Below, piece after piece: positions 1 through 14,379 of a stretch of 64,000 bases of DNA. The notes under the pieces were generated by a model that searched no databases, was not told the DNA's origin, and was given only the letters and a program-made list of their open reading frames with translations. The stretch spans positions 8,432,001 to 8,496,000 of the forward strand of contig OZ193909.1 in assembly GCA_964276515.1 (NCBI GenBank). The letters run 5' to 3'. Within the stretch, counting starts at the first letter, position 1. The number at the start of each line of letters is the position of its first letter. Source of the DNA: Gordius albopunctatus (taxonomy: Eukaryota). The position numbers and the translations under genes are program-made.

Positions 1-3000
1 GCGGATAACCTGTTCACCATCCCGATGACCCCAATGGACGCGACCAAGACCACATTCTTATCCGACGTAGATGGCTATCTTAAGCTGTCACGCAATCCTA
101 TGCGCGGTTTTGGTCGACAGATCGATAGCTTTGTCCAGTCTTTCGTAGACTATCGAACTAATGGTCATAGCAAAATATCATTTTTTCACATTATTTTATT
201 ACTATCTTACCAAGTCGATCAGAGAGTTTGAGTTTTTCTAACACTGCCATTTAATAATAAATCTCACGCCCGAACCCTTTTAATATCCGTTCGGCCATTC
301 CCGGATGATTAGACTGCCCGGCCCAAATTAATGATTTTTAAATTATAACAGTAATTTCGTTAGATTTCCACAAAAATTTAATTTAATTCTCAATTTTTTG
401 GTGACCGGGCCGGGCTTTTCTGGTATATGTAATCGATTTTTGCACCCCTATCATAACTCACATAATACAACTTTAATAATACAAGAACATATTTTTCATT
501 TGGTAATGACTTAGTTAAGTAAATTCCCTATGAATTTTCTTATAAACCCAAATCAATTTAATTTTTTAAAACTTTTTCTACATTCCGCGTTTTGGCTTGT
601 TTTTGGATCACGCATGTCGAGCTTACAGCGTTTTATTTTCTATACTATATGATTTTGATATTTAAATTTATAACGAGTATGTTAATTCTTACCAATAGTT
701 GAAATTTCCTACAATTATTCGGCCTTGCACTTGTCATCAAAAGCCTTCTGTTCTCCCGAAGATTACGTAAACCAAGATAAACCAAATTTAGAAACTCTTC
801 ACATAATCTTGAACACACCGCAGCGGCCTTTTGAGTCATGTACCTCGGGCAGAGGAATCATCAAACCTCATTTACAGTAGATCTTTTATAGGCCATTCTC
901 TTTCCTTATTGTTAACAATGTTTTAAAATTCTTATAAATACCAACCTTGTTGAATAATTTTTTGCCTAAATTGAATCCATTCTAGTGGACAATTAGTTTC
1001 TTTACATTAGACCTTATTAGAAACACCGATTCAACGCGAGCTTATTTCTTTAATTAATATTGTTGCCAAAAAACATATACATTTGAAAATTCTGTTTGTT
1101 TACGCGCTAAAATAAGTCAATAATTTTTTGAGCTGTTAAGACTTTCTACATCTTAAAATTGCATAAATAAAAGGCGCAAATATGTTTATTTCTTAAATTT
1201 CTAGAGCAGATATAGCTATCACTGCTAAGATGGAGAGCGTTTGGCAGGCGAGACCCCAAGAACATCAAAAAGATATGGTAGTAACTTTGATTAGCACTTT
1301 CAATGGCATGACTCGTGTCTATCCAGCCATGCAAGTGGAGAGATCTTTTGAGGCACTCAAGTACTGATTAATATTTGACTCTTTATTTATCATACTAGAT
1401 CATCCATCGACTGAGTAAATGTGTTGTTTTATTTATAACACAGACAAGCATATTTCAACAAAGCCTTACTTAACATTGGCAAAAATGTCATAATACCAAC
1501 GTTTAAACCTCACTTTAAACTTACGTCTGCCCGAATTCTTACCATGGCTCGTGCGATTATGTTGGGCAAGCCTAGGTGTACCAAGGGTAATCGATAATAT
1601 AAATTTATTGAACCTTATATGCACAGATACATTTTGATAGATCTAAGATTTATAACTTGAGGATGTGATAATTTGGAATTCACGCCGTTTAAAATTTGTG
1701 AAAGTTAGTTTGGTTATGGATAGAGTCTCTTTAAAATAATCTGTTATAAAGTGATATTACTAAAATTAGTTAGGCTAAAACATCTCTAAATTACAACGAA
1801 TGAACTTTTCTAGAACATTAATCCATGAAATTGATTTGCGAGTAAGAGATTTAAGTGATATAGTTTTAGTATTAAATATTCCAGGAACTTTTGGCTCTCA
1901 TTAGCTTAAACTGGAAATTAAAAATGCAAAATTATACTATTCCATAGAGGCCCAGGTATACGCCTTTTACGATATGATATTTGTCTTTTTATAAGATGTC
2001 AACCACGTAGTATCTCATGATTATGGTACTAGCGATTACCTAAAAAGCGTGAACGATGGGTGCCCGTGCAAGGAGAATAGCGATTGCAATTCAAAATATT
2101 GCTACCAAGGCTCCTGTTCCAACTCCATAACCCACGCTGTCGCTGCGATGAATTATAATTACGACGCACTGAAAACTAAATTGTACGAGGCTATACTTAA
2201 ACTATCGCCCGATAGAAATTGTGGCTCCATTTATACTTGCCCCTTTGATGCTGTCCAAAATTGTACCGTCAAGTAAGTACTCGCACGCACATACAATGAT
2301 ATTTGACCGCCAAACCTATGTAATGCGGCTCTAGGGATTAATGTATTTGTATTTAATACAAAATGATAATTGAAAAGCAATGTTTATACAAGTACGCTAA
2401 ATATAATATCGTGACCACATTTACTAGATGCAACTATAAATTTGGAGTGCCATACGAACCGCTCAAATAGGTTATCTGTTTTTTGGCTAATTTATTTTAA
2501 GCTTGAATTATTTAGAGGTAACAATGGTAATGATCTCATTTATTAAACTGATACGAGTCTTTCGATTAGGCCATAAATAGGCGTATAGGTCTTATACCTA
2601 GCAAAAGTTTGGAATTTAATACAATGTAAATGAAATATATTTTTTATAACAATTCGCATTTTTAGTTGCAAACTAGATTGTATGAATATTTAAAACAATT
2701 AACACGATTATAATTTTATATTTTAGTTGTATCATTGTTGAAAATTCAACCCAAATTGTTATTCATCCCAATTTTTCGGCTCAAGCGTTTCCCGAACAAG
2801 AAGGCGATTTGTTTGAGAATGTGTACTTGGAAAAAAATGAGCCTGGTGTTTTTGTAGCCTTGTTTACTCATGGAGTTATCTATCACTTTGTATCTACCGA
2901 CTTCCAAGCTGTTTGCACGGAAGATCCAACAGGCCCTCTAGTAATTAATCAGGATTATTTTAAAAATAAAAACCACTGGTGCTTTAAGTTAGCCAACATG

Positions 3001-5986
3001 TATTTAAATAAAAACCGGAATTTTTTATCAGAAATTATGCTCTTTATTATAAGAAAACAGTTTGAAATTTTTTATTCAAGATATTGCTCATCGCTGGCTA
3101 TACATGTTTTCCATCTGTCTGCAGCTGAAGTCATCTTGATAACGTTTTAGTTTTACTATTATATGCTTTATTATGCAATGACGGTAGTGGTATGCGCTAT
3201 TTTTTTAGTGGATACTGGGTCGCATTGGTGTGTAATATGCTTTTTTAGTTTTGAATGTGTTAACGACGTTAACTAATTCGCTTTCGCGTTTAAATTAAAT
3301 TTAAAACAACAAATGTAATAAACAACTCGACGTTGCTACTATATCATACAGCGCAGCATATAAAAGTTGTTTAGGCATTTATTTAAGACATGCATCATGT
3401 AAGAGGCCGATGAGATATAAGATTAATCTAGTGTCATAGAATTTTACGATTTTTATATTCTTTGTTTTATTCAATATTTATTTCAAAAAAATTTTGCTTG
3501 TGATTTAATTTGAAATTCACAAGGACCCGGGCCCTGAGGAGACGTTTTTTAGAATACTTGATTAAATGTTCATAACCAATCTGATTGCTTGTCATGTTAT
3601 TGGCTTAAAGAACCCACCATTTCCTAAATGCATCCTTATTGAAAATATTTTCGCTTAAATTGTAAAAAAAAATTGTTTTAAATTTCATCAAACATTTTCT
3701 TTACAGATCAATAAAAGTATTAATAGAAAGTGCAACAAAAGCTTAATACAATATAAAAATATGACACACAAAGAAAATCCTACACTTAAGATATTCAACT
3801 CATTCTTTATCATACCTAATTATGCTTTTTCTAAATTAAAATTATTTATATTTATGAAACGAATTTTAAATAACGTTTTGTTAGGGCATTTAAATATATT
3901 AAAATGTCAACAAATTAATTAAATGTTATTAGACAGGGTTATGAGTTTAAAATGAACTTGATGTGCCTGGTCAACGTAAAAAAATATAAGTTTTTGAATT
4001 TAATTCTCAGCCTGATTGGTATCGTTCGAATATGCAACTAGTCAAGATATGGAAATTTAAATATATAAAAAAATTGGTTGCAATTATTAATTCGGCATTA
4101 AGATTGATGGATGGGCAATAAATTATAATTGAATTAGGAATAAATCATAAAATGGTAAATTTCATATTTTTTAATCAAAAGGAAGAACAATAATTGGCAA
4201 TTGTCTGCTAGTATCAGATTTAACATTTTGACTTTAAAAGTTAGCCCAATTTTTAAATATGTTGCTAATTAATTATTTAGATTACTAGGAAAATATTAGT
4301 CCAGTGCAATCTTTATTTATTAAAATATGCCGGTGCATTAATTAAAAATACTTTAGCAAAGCCATATTAAAAGCTTTTCAAATTTTGCTCTAATGATAAT
4401 TTTTTTTCTAGCACTATGAATTCACAAATCGTCATTCAAATACGCAACAACAATCAACTAAAGAGAAGAGAAAATATAATTGCATCAAAGAAATAACTCT
4501 ATACGCGATGAACCACTCTTATTTGGAGGCTCAACCCTCTGGAGTTTTTTCGAAAATGATTAATACCAGCGTGTGCTCTTTGAAGTTGGTTTAAAAATTT
4601 ATAATAAATTACGCTTAATAATACTATTTTGCATTTTAACTGTTTATGAGTAACTTAGGGATTTAAACACGGGGTGCCCTTGTTAAAAAATGCACGCATA
4701 TATTTCTCTTTTCTGCATATAATTTTGATGTATAACAACAGCGATGAAAATAAAAGTATGTAATGATATGATATGGCTTTCCATTTCTAAAACACCGGCA
4801 TATCGAGCAATGAGCAAAAAAGATATTAACGTGCAAAATATATAATACATTTTTATAAACTAATTTTTTGTTAGCAAAATGTTCTTCTCGATAAGCTTGT
4901 GGATCCGCTCACCTTTTGGAATTATAGTTTTTTTTCAATCGCTTCTGAGTTTTTATTTACAAAGGCAGGACATCTTATTTATTCATTATATTATATACAG
5001 CGGTTTCTCTATAAAATTGTCTAATTCATATTGTCTTTATTTTTTAATAATGATTAGCAATAATTATATGTGCCGATTGATTTAGATTATATGTGACGTA
5101 CATACCCAATACCAATCTCTACCTAATTGTTCAGGAGGATCAACCATTGACCCATACTTGTTTTGTCAATTTAAAGTATGTTCGATTTTTGAACCGAATA
5201 CAATTTAATATGCTTAAAATTTTGAAGAGAAAATGGTCAACTGTTAAACTGATTATGTTTTATGCCTTATATAATTGGGAATTGAAATTTATTTTAATTT
5301 AAATCTGGTCTCAATACCTTTATGATTATAATAAGTATCAAAATACTAATATTTATTTAATTATCTTTTTTGAATTTAACAAAAATCCATATGAAATATT
5401 AAATTGAATCTTTTAATATATTACTTATAATATTGTACCAAATTATGCATCATGAAAAAATTAAGAAATTTAGTTCGGCGGGTTAAATAGTCATCTTAAT
5501 CTTTTTTATAACATTTAAATGGAAAGTAAAATGGAATAGGTATAGAAAACTTTATATCTGCTTTTTATCAAGGCAATAGGCCTTAATATGAAATTTTAAG
5601 CAAAACTTAACGAGTACATCTAATTTTTGAAGCGTTTGATTATTTAGGAGCAATCTTTTCTATATATGCAACATATATTTGTGATATTGTATAACATTAT
5701 TATTGATATTTAAAGAGCAAATATGAGCCATTTGAAAAAGGAGTTTTCTTTATGCCGGGATTACAGCTATGCAAAAACCTATTTTTCAAACAACACTTCC
5801 ACCAGTGTAGCAGATAATATTCGATCCACGTGTCCCGCTGACATGCTCGATTTTAACGCAATTTATTGTTCCTCCGCTATCTCCACTTTATTATCCAATT
5901 CTTTTCTTCATTTGTTTTTATCTTTATTCTTTCTCCGTCAAACCGTATTCGGTTTTTTTAAATGCAACCTAAATGTGAGTTTCTAA
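1..5986 (+). CDS. 3' part of a Cache-domain membrane protein of the CACHD1 / calcium-channel alpha2-delta family (spliced; 5' end outside the window)
   Basis: Phase-consistent GT-AG exons: <1-163, 699-876, 1205-1360, 1444-1586, 1996-2272, 2727-2940, 4412-4584, 5086-5175, 5767-5986. An extra exon between 2940 and 4412 cannot be excluded. Peptides ISTFNGMTRVYPAMQVERSFEALKQAYFNKAL, STDFQAVC, CIKEITLY and IPNTNLYLIV resemble Cache/alpha2-delta motifs. The C-terminus CSSAISTLLSNSFLHLFLSLFFL looks like a GPI signal. AATAAA at 6331. Confidence 0.8.
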
Positions 5987-6468
5987 AGCATATTCATACA
6001 GACCTGGAAATCAATTGTATTTGACATTGCATTATGGTTTTTCTCGTATTAGTTATGAAAGTCGACGAGGTTTTGAATTATAAATACTCCATCTTTTTTT
6101 AAAATGGATGACCAAGTTATGATATTTTTAGAAATATGCATTGTTTTAGTAATCTAATGCAATTTTTTGTTATTTTTTATCGCGGTTTTGAAAATCTTCA
6201 CCCCCTTAGAAAATTTGCCTAGTTACAATTATTACCAGAATATATTATATATCACGCAGTTATAATTTGTACACTTCTAAAATTTCTTGTTTAATTTATT
6301 ACAAAATATGGATCACGTGGAAATTTGTCTAATAAAGGTTATGTTTGTTAACATACAAAAAAACAATCCAATATGTATGTAGATAAATAATTAAAATTAT
6401 ATTTTAATTATGTGTCGTCTCTTATGCCAAATTTTATGTTGAAAAAATTTCGTATTTATTTCATAACA

Positions 6469-8633
6469 TCAAATTTCGGTGACAGGTTTTATAACTATGA
6501 TCAATTTTATCCTACTATTGCATGCTGAAAGGTTCCAATCCTTAAAAAAGTCTCCCAATTCAAAGCTTTCGCACTCGGAAAAATCGTGAAGGTATTTGTA
6601 TTGTTTGTAGTAAAAGCCATCCCTCTTTTTGTGGCCTATGAGAAAGGCAATTTGAACGCATCGTTTAACGGACGAAGCTTGACTAGTATTTGAATTACCC
6701 ATACCGGCGGTCATGTTAGAGTTTGTGGAAGAGCCATGGCCCCAAAAGCTTTGCTTATAAGCGTCCGACGTTGAGATTTTTAATTTATTACTCGAACCAT
6801 TGGTAGTGGCACTGTAGTAGAGCTTAAAATTCCAATGCCAAGTGCCCTGGTCGAGGAAAGACGTGCTTTTGGCCGTGCTGAACGTCAAGGGCCCATAATG
6901 ATCGCCCTCTTGTTTAAGTTCGAGGGCAAAGGAAAAATTTTTGCTCACGTAAGATCTCATCTTGTACTTCGCGTCCGTGAATAAAAATGCTGCCGTTGGG
7001 AGTCCGGGGTGAGATGAGACTACTGGTAAGACGATCGGTTCGTCACTTGATTCACCACTTTCTTCACCCCCTTCGGAATCGGAAGTAGTGGAAGTGTCGT
7101 TGTTTGAAAGAGCTGATTGGGAACTATTGACGGGCGGGGTAGCTGGTGTTGCAGAGGTCGTTGTTGAATTAGCTATGATGGCCGTCGCTATTTGTGATGG
7201 AGGCATCAGGGATAATCTCATGTCGAGGGGCATTGATTGAAAACGGTAGGCATCGAGCAATTCCGTCACTAAGTGACGCCGATATTTAGCAAATATCTCC
7301 GAATGCTGCTCCAAGTGAACTAATTGATTCGGCCACATCTGCGCCAGGCGTAAAAAGGGTATGATCGCCTTCAAATTATCCGCCGTAGCCGATTCCCTAG
7401 CGCCTGACCCTGTTAGTAACCATCTTTCAACGGCTTCGAACACTTCGCACTCATCTGATACCACTAAATCTGACGATTTGAGGACGCTAACCAAGTTTAC
7501 CAAGTCTATATCCAACCACTGCACGCTATTGGCCACGACGGTGAAATTGTTTATGATAAAATTGAAGCATTTCTTCTCGAAATCTATGTTTCTGCATTCT
7601 TGAGCCCACAGCAACCAATTAATAGCCTGATTGGCCCTACTATTGGTCGCTATATGATCAGACATGTATGCCATTGTCGAGCTCCTTAAACAGGGTATAT
7701 TATATTTATCCGCGAGCGTGTATAATCCCGCTACGTTAGTCAACTGTAAATTAACTATACCGCTATAGACGTAGTACAAAAAATCGCTGAAATGCTCTTC
7801 GGCTTCTGGATTTTCGTGTAAATGAATTTTTTTGTCGGGCGCTTGAACGTTCCAATGTGCCGAGAGCATGGCTTTAAATACTTCGCTACGTGATGCTAGT
7901 ACCAGGCGGTGAGCGTGATATTCGGCCCTGTCGTTGACGACAATCAGTATGTCACTCAGCTCGGGAGTATTAAAGAGGGAGGCGAAACTGGCATCTTTGG
8001 TATTATTAATCTGAAAACAATTATAGCTAGCTATATGATCCAACTATTGCAAATATAATTTATCTTGTTGAACTCCTAACAATATATTGTTTCAATTTTG
8101 TTATTAAATAAATCAATATACCAATGTCTATATGATATTATTCTTTTAAGCCTAACTTAAGGTACATTATAAATATATTATCTACATTTTATTACGGAAT
8201 CTGGGCGGAGCGTCAAAAGGACAAAGTGTCAAAAGCTAATTAAAACTAGTGACCATGCAATTTTATACTATAATTTTTTTAAAAGATCAAATCTTTTAGT
8301 TCATAAATTACTATCACTATTTATAGTTAAGATTTGGGCATGGCTATATTATTTAATTTTGGTTTAGTAATCAGGATTAAAATCAAGATTAAATTATATA
8401 TGTATAATTTAAATTTCTTTAATTTTTATTATTCCTTTTAATTATTTTACACAAAAAAGTTGGTGGTTCCATGTTGTTTTATTTTGCTACATTTTGTCCT
8501 TTGACACATCGTCCGTGATTCTTTGAAACACTTGGTCAAAAATTAAATTAAGGCTTACGAAAATGCGCATTACCTTTTCAACGTATATTTCTTCTACTGT
8601 ATCAATGTTATCGTCATTTAGATTTTCCGTCAT
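6469..8633 (-). CDS. BTB/POZ-BACK domain protein (BTBD17-like architecture), ~533 aa, 2 coding exons
   Basis: Long exon 8010-6469 has BTB motifs (SDILIVV..YHAHRLVLASRSEVFKAML, FLYYVYSG, LADKYNI) and a BACK region (LKSSDLVVSDECEVFEAVERW). A 60-nt first exon 8633-8574 (MTENLNDDNIDTVEEIYVEK|GTAATG) splices in phase 0 to TTTTCAG|ATT at 8010, replacing the TTG start given in the ORF track. Confidence 0.88.
8197..8521. mobile_element. Degenerate MITE in the BTB gene intron
   Basis: Imperfect inverted ends: GTCAAAAGGACAAAGTGT near 8211 and ACATTTTGTCCTTTGAC near 8490. No clear TSD. Confidence 0.45.
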
Positions 8634-10047
8634 ACTATAACTTAATGCTTCCTATAAGCAACACATTTATGTAATTATAGTAAAGGCAAATGAGAATTTC
8701 AAGATAAATTTATAATTACATTAATTTTTTAAATCCTGTATAGTTAAATGAGGCAATAAAATTTCTTACTTACTAATGTGCCTAGGTATGGTTTTTAATA
8801 TCCTTAGAATTTAAAAAATAATGCACGATGAATGAGAATTAAATAAAAATTATTATATTATTGGTCATTTGTTGTAGAATTATTAAGTATTTACTTTTGA
8901 AAAGCAAAATATTTTACGTTGCATTGATAAGTACAAATAGTGTAAAGTTTTAAGTTTTCTCAAATTCTGATCTAAAATTTTTGTTTTTCTCTTCTCTCAA
9001 GGTCTCAACATGCTCATTCTCCATTAGCGATTAAGATTGTAGAATTATATTTCAATCGTTCCTATACTAAATTCTAAAATGCATATGAACAAAACTTTCC
9101 AAACGGCCTAACTTAAACTTTATTATTTTTTATATTATTGCCTCACGCAATTGTGTGCATAAATTTACCTGTATCGAGGCAGCTTGGAAGGAAATAATAG
9201 CAAAGACCATTACGGAATTTTTACTTTTTGAAAACTTGGCCATGAAGAATGGAATACTCTAGCACAGGAATTATCAATAGCATATATTAATTTACCCTTA
9301 AAAAATTTACAGATTACTCTAAAAAATTCTTAAATTTATATACTTAATAAACGTTTCGCTACATGAGAATTAAAACTACGAACTGAGATAAAATGCTATA
9401 AAATCTGAACTTATAAATCATATTGAAATTAAGTTTGGTTAAACTATTAGCCTCTAATATTTTAGGGAAAAGTGGATTTTTTTGCTTTTATTACATATAA
9501 AAATGAACTTTTTGGATTTCGAATAGAGCAAAGTTCTAAGTTTTTGCGATTTTATTTAGTTACTTTGCTCTATTTGCATTTTTATCGCAAGTTTTAAGTA
9601 TTTTGTACACAAAGATAAATTCATGACTTAAAACTATATTAATATGATAAATATGAGATTATTAAACAAGTTATGAATTATAATGATAATATTACTCTAA
9701 TAGATTAAATTTATTTAATAAAATTATTTTATGGTAAATTGGGGCTGTGTACCCTGATAAATTTATGGAAACTAAAAACTATTTTAATATAGAATATATT
9801 TGAGGGTATAAATGTATATAATTTAATTTCTAAACATTTATAACGATAAAAAATTACTGGTGCCATTTTGCAATGTACAACTAATACCATTATTAAAATT
9901 TATTAATTATACTAAATGATACTTACAAATTTATATCCATCAGAAGTACAATGAATTATATTTATTTAAAAATACTGCTGTGAATTTCTATGTCTTGATA
10001 ATCAATTTTGGTATAATCGTAAATATCTTCTTATAAAACTTCCTTTT

Positions 10048-10500
10048 TAATTGCTATGCAATTTATGGGCTCGCTTTTCGGTGTCCGTTATCCGTCCGTC
10101 CTCCAACTTTCTGACTTGCTGGTTCGATACCCGGAGAGAACAAATTTTTTTAAATTAAATTAATATATTGTTCTTGTTAATACCATTGATTATATGACTT
10201 TTTTGCCGTCCGCTGGCTACTGACCAATGAAAAAATGACCATTGGCCAAATCGTGATTCGAAATTTTTTTTCCGTTTTTGAATTGGTGTATTAGATTACC
10301 ATTGATAATGACCCTATGCCGTCCCCTACAAGGGCCTATGCCTCTACTTATATGGGTCCCTGTGCCCCTACAAAGGCTTATGCCTCTACTGATGTGGGTT
10401 CGATACTCGGAGAGGACAAATTTTTTTAATTAAATTAATATATTGTTCTTGTTAATACCATTGATAATATTTATTTTTCTATCTCTCGCAAAAGTTTTAT
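10048..10500 (+). repeat. Dispersed repeat with internal tandem units carrying B-box-like GGTTCGAT/AATCCC motifs (copy 1)
   Basis: Starts TAATTGCTATGCAATTTATGGGCTCGC and aligns by eye with 51771-52800. Confidence 0.8.
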
Positions 10501-10565
10501 TTTTTTAGCCATAATAATGAATTATTATGTTGAACATAACGTAAAAAGACTAGAGTTATTAGTAC

Positions 10566-10713
10566 TAGTGTTGCGAAAACGGCTAAGTTTTGTTTGGTTG
10601 ACCCCTTTGGTTTTAGTCGACAAAACATTAAAAGAACAAAGGTTTTTTAGTCTATTTTTCTTAGTCAAACAAAGGGGTCAACCAAACAAAACCCAGCTAT
10701 TTTCGCAACATTA
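10566..10713. mobile_element. Palindromic hAT-type MITE
   Basis: Long inverted arms TAGTGTTGCGAAAA..GGTTGACCCCTTTG / CAAAGGGGTCAACC..TTTCGCAACATTA. 8-bp TSD ATTAGTAC at 10558-10565 and 10714-10721. Confidence 0.85.
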
Positions 10714-13700
10714 ATTAGTACTAATCATTTTATTAACAAATTGTGCCTCTGATTGCAACCATCATTAACAATATCTTGATTTATCACCTTAAAAGTTTTG
10801 TAAAAGCTAGAGCTATAATACATATCTTCATCCGAAATAGTTCTTATTTTATCATTGTTTAAAATACCACAGTTAAAAAGTAATTGTAGATACATTTTTC
10901 AGATTAAAATTAAAAAGCAGACGATTTAGTCACGTGTTTAAATGAGCGTTTGGGATTGAGTAATTGCGGATAGAGCAAAATGATACTAAAAAATTTTGAA
11001 ATTTACAGATTGAGAAAAATAAGAATCTTAATAGCGAAGCCAAAAAATATTTTTCCCACGTTTTTTAAAAAGTCTTTCATAAAATATATAAAAATCTATC
11101 GAATAGCACTTTTACTTTAAAATTTTTAACAATTGCAGATAGAGCACTTCAATTCTCAGGTAAAGATTTGTGAACATCCAAAGTTGTACGATCATTTTTA
11201 AATAAACTTTTTAATAAAATCAGTATTACAAAATAATGTGCAGGTATTTATAAATAATTACGACTCCTATCTAACAAAATATTATATTCGGAAATGTCCA
11301 GGGGCATATCCAGTATTAACAAACTAAAGTTATTTTAAAAAATATAATTATTTTGCCCTTACTTAAATAATGGACTAACCTCCCCCCCCCATTGAAAGTT
11401 TCACTACGCCGATAATAACCCGGATGACCGAATTCGAATTATATTACACTCGTGCAGATGCCATGAATAAACGCTAAGAGGTTTTAAGATCAACAATTTA
11501 AAAAATGTTGGTGCAAGAATTTGAACCAGGATTACAACTTATTAGGTCAAATAAACGCCTCTTCTTGATTTTTATCATTCTTAAAAAGGTTCAACTTCTT
11601 AGCTAGCTTTTGAAATATATTTTATTAGGCCTATAGGCTAAATTTCATAGGCATCTTTCATAAATATTATCGTATCACACATATATTATATTTAAGAAAC
11701 ATATATACTATAATTGTATTTTAGTAAATCAAATAAGTAGGTTTAATTTATAATTTACAAGCGCAATCACAATTTTATAACACTTTTGGCGGGCTCGTCG
11801 TAACAGTGATAAATGTAAAATAAAATCAACTAGCTGTTTTCAACTCAAATAAAACTTCAAGGCCTATCAGTGATCAGTTGGGCATTGAGAATGATTTTTC
11901 CATTAATGGGCATCAAAGGGTTGTGCTAACATAGTTGTCGTTCTTCGATCGCCGTTTGTTTTATAATTTCCGGTACAGGTGAAAACTGCTAAATAATGGT
12001 ACAAAGTAAAAATGTATTGTGTTAACTCCCCAGAGACTAACAAGGTTACAATTTAAAGGATATATTCGCTAATAATTCAAATGACCTCGGTGGATAACTA
12101 ATGTCCAAATGATTTTTAAAGATTAAGTAATTTTATTATTATAAATATTGGTGCTATAATTGGTATATTTTTTAACGTGTACTTTTTCCATATTCTACAA
12201 CTATAGTCTATTTGTTTTTTAAATATGTACTTTGCTATATCCAACACCTAAAGTCTATTTGTTTTTTTGCCAAGATAACATCTATAAACACGAATTTCGC
12301 GTTTTTAATAGTTCAAACGTGCTTTAAAGCATTTTGTTGGAAGATTCACAGTAACACAATATTTATAATAACTTTAAACGGTTAAAGACGATTGTATTGT
12401 TGTTATGACTTAATCAAAATTTGAAACTCACACTTAATTGCGATCACTGGACCGAAAATAGTTAAAGTACATTGATGTCATTATATTATAAAGATTGCTA
12501 GCTATATTTTATCATGCTTGAGCTTTTACCAAATTTATCATACTGCAACTACTTTATTGTATATCATCTAACACACAGTTAATCTGGAGTATAATTTAAT
12601 CATTCTTTAATATTTAATCATTATATTATTAAAGATTAATTACATTTTTTTGATTTTAAGAAAAAACTGAAACATGTGGCAAGACAAGCGAAACCACTTT
12701 TTTAAGATGCAAGAGGATAACTTTTTGCTTCTGGTTTTTAACAATTAAAAATTTATTAATTATTACCGCCATACCTTTTTATTTTGATATATAGGTAACT
12801 TTTTTGGATTTATTAAAATCCAAAATATATTTTAATTTATGTGAATAACTTAAGTACTAGATCCCTCACAAATTTGTACAAAATATTATAGACCTAAATT
12901 TCTTATTTTTTTATAGCGGACCTCCATTATAATGAGTGTTTAATATCAAAAAAAATGTAGGGATGTCCGCCTTCGCTGACTTAAATGAAGTAAAAAGTAC
13001 GATGCAAGAGGCAAAGTTCTCATTACCTACAATCTATTTTGTATAATTATAAAGATAAACTATAAATTTACAGCATTAAATATTATATCTATTAACCTCA
13101 ACTTGACTTCACCTTAAATAGTTGAAACCTAAAGATTACCGGTGCAAAATGGCATATCTAAGGTAGGTCCAAGGGGGCAAAGGCCCCCCAGTAGCAAAAT
13201 ACTGGCCCTTGAGCCCCCAAACGTTTATTTAACTTATCTTCTAATATATAACAATATAATAAATATATTATTATCTATCAGATAAGTATTTCTCCAAATT
13301 AAACTCTCCGACTTTTTTATATTAAATTTTTGTTTTGCAATTCATTAACATGCAATTAAAAATAGAAAGCAGTCTAACTTATTTGCAAAGCCCTTAGCGT
13401 CAAAATAGGTATAATATATTCTTTGGGGTTGGGGCAATACCTCATTGCTGTAAGAACTGTTGTTATTAATATAATTTTACCATTAATATCATTTTAAAAA
13501 ATTGAAATTTTTTTGTCAATACACTAGTTCCATTTTGGGCTTTTAAAATTAATTTGAAAAAACTTAGTATATACGCTATCTATATAATTTTATATAGCCT
13601 TAAAATTTTCTTTAGATAACATGTTGTTATTTAACAATTAACACTATGTGTTATTCATTATATATAAAATCTTGTTTTATTAGGGGTATTTTCGCAATAA

Positions 13701-14379
13701 ACTTTATTAATCGACAATAGGCCGGGCCTGAACGGGCCGTAATATCACCTAAGGGCTGGCCGTGTCTAGATGGCCCGTTGAAAGTCAGTTGCAAATTCAG
13801 TTATATATATTTGTGTATTATAAAGTATAAACAAAGGGGGTATTTTTACAGTGTTTTATATTAATTTATGATTGTTTAATTTTTATTAAATTAACAATGA
13901 AAATAAAGTATTTTTCCCTCTTTACTTATTTATTCACCAATATATAAACACCCATTTCTAATTGTTAAGTGCTACATAGGCATGGGCGTAGCCAGGGGGG
14001 GGGGGCGCCCCCCCCCCTAAATGACGGATTTTTTTTTCAATGCAAAAATCCTTAACAATTAAAAAAAATTTAGGTTTTGCCCCCCACCCCCCCCCCCTAA
14101 TTGAACTTTTAAACGTTTCGCCTGCAAGTCGAAGGTAGGAGTTTTGAAAGCGAGATTAGAGAAAGGAATGGCCTACTATTAATAAGTTTGACAAATGGCT
14201 AAGTTTCTTTTCAGTCTTCGTTAACCTGCGCACTTGTTTAAAAATTATAGCTACGTCATTGCCGGTGCACGACTTAAAGCGCGACCGAGCAATTCATATA
14301 AACTGTGAATGCTATAGATTTTTCCTTCTCTCCCAATAGTAGCATTAAGCAAATATAGTTCTTAGTTAACTCTCATGCT

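Noticed and set aside
7361..7603. Antisense ORFs (also 27006-27365, 45822-46139, 48516-48803, 59217-59600, 62963-63193)
   Set aside because: Shadows of real coding sequence on the opposite strand, with no independent motifs.
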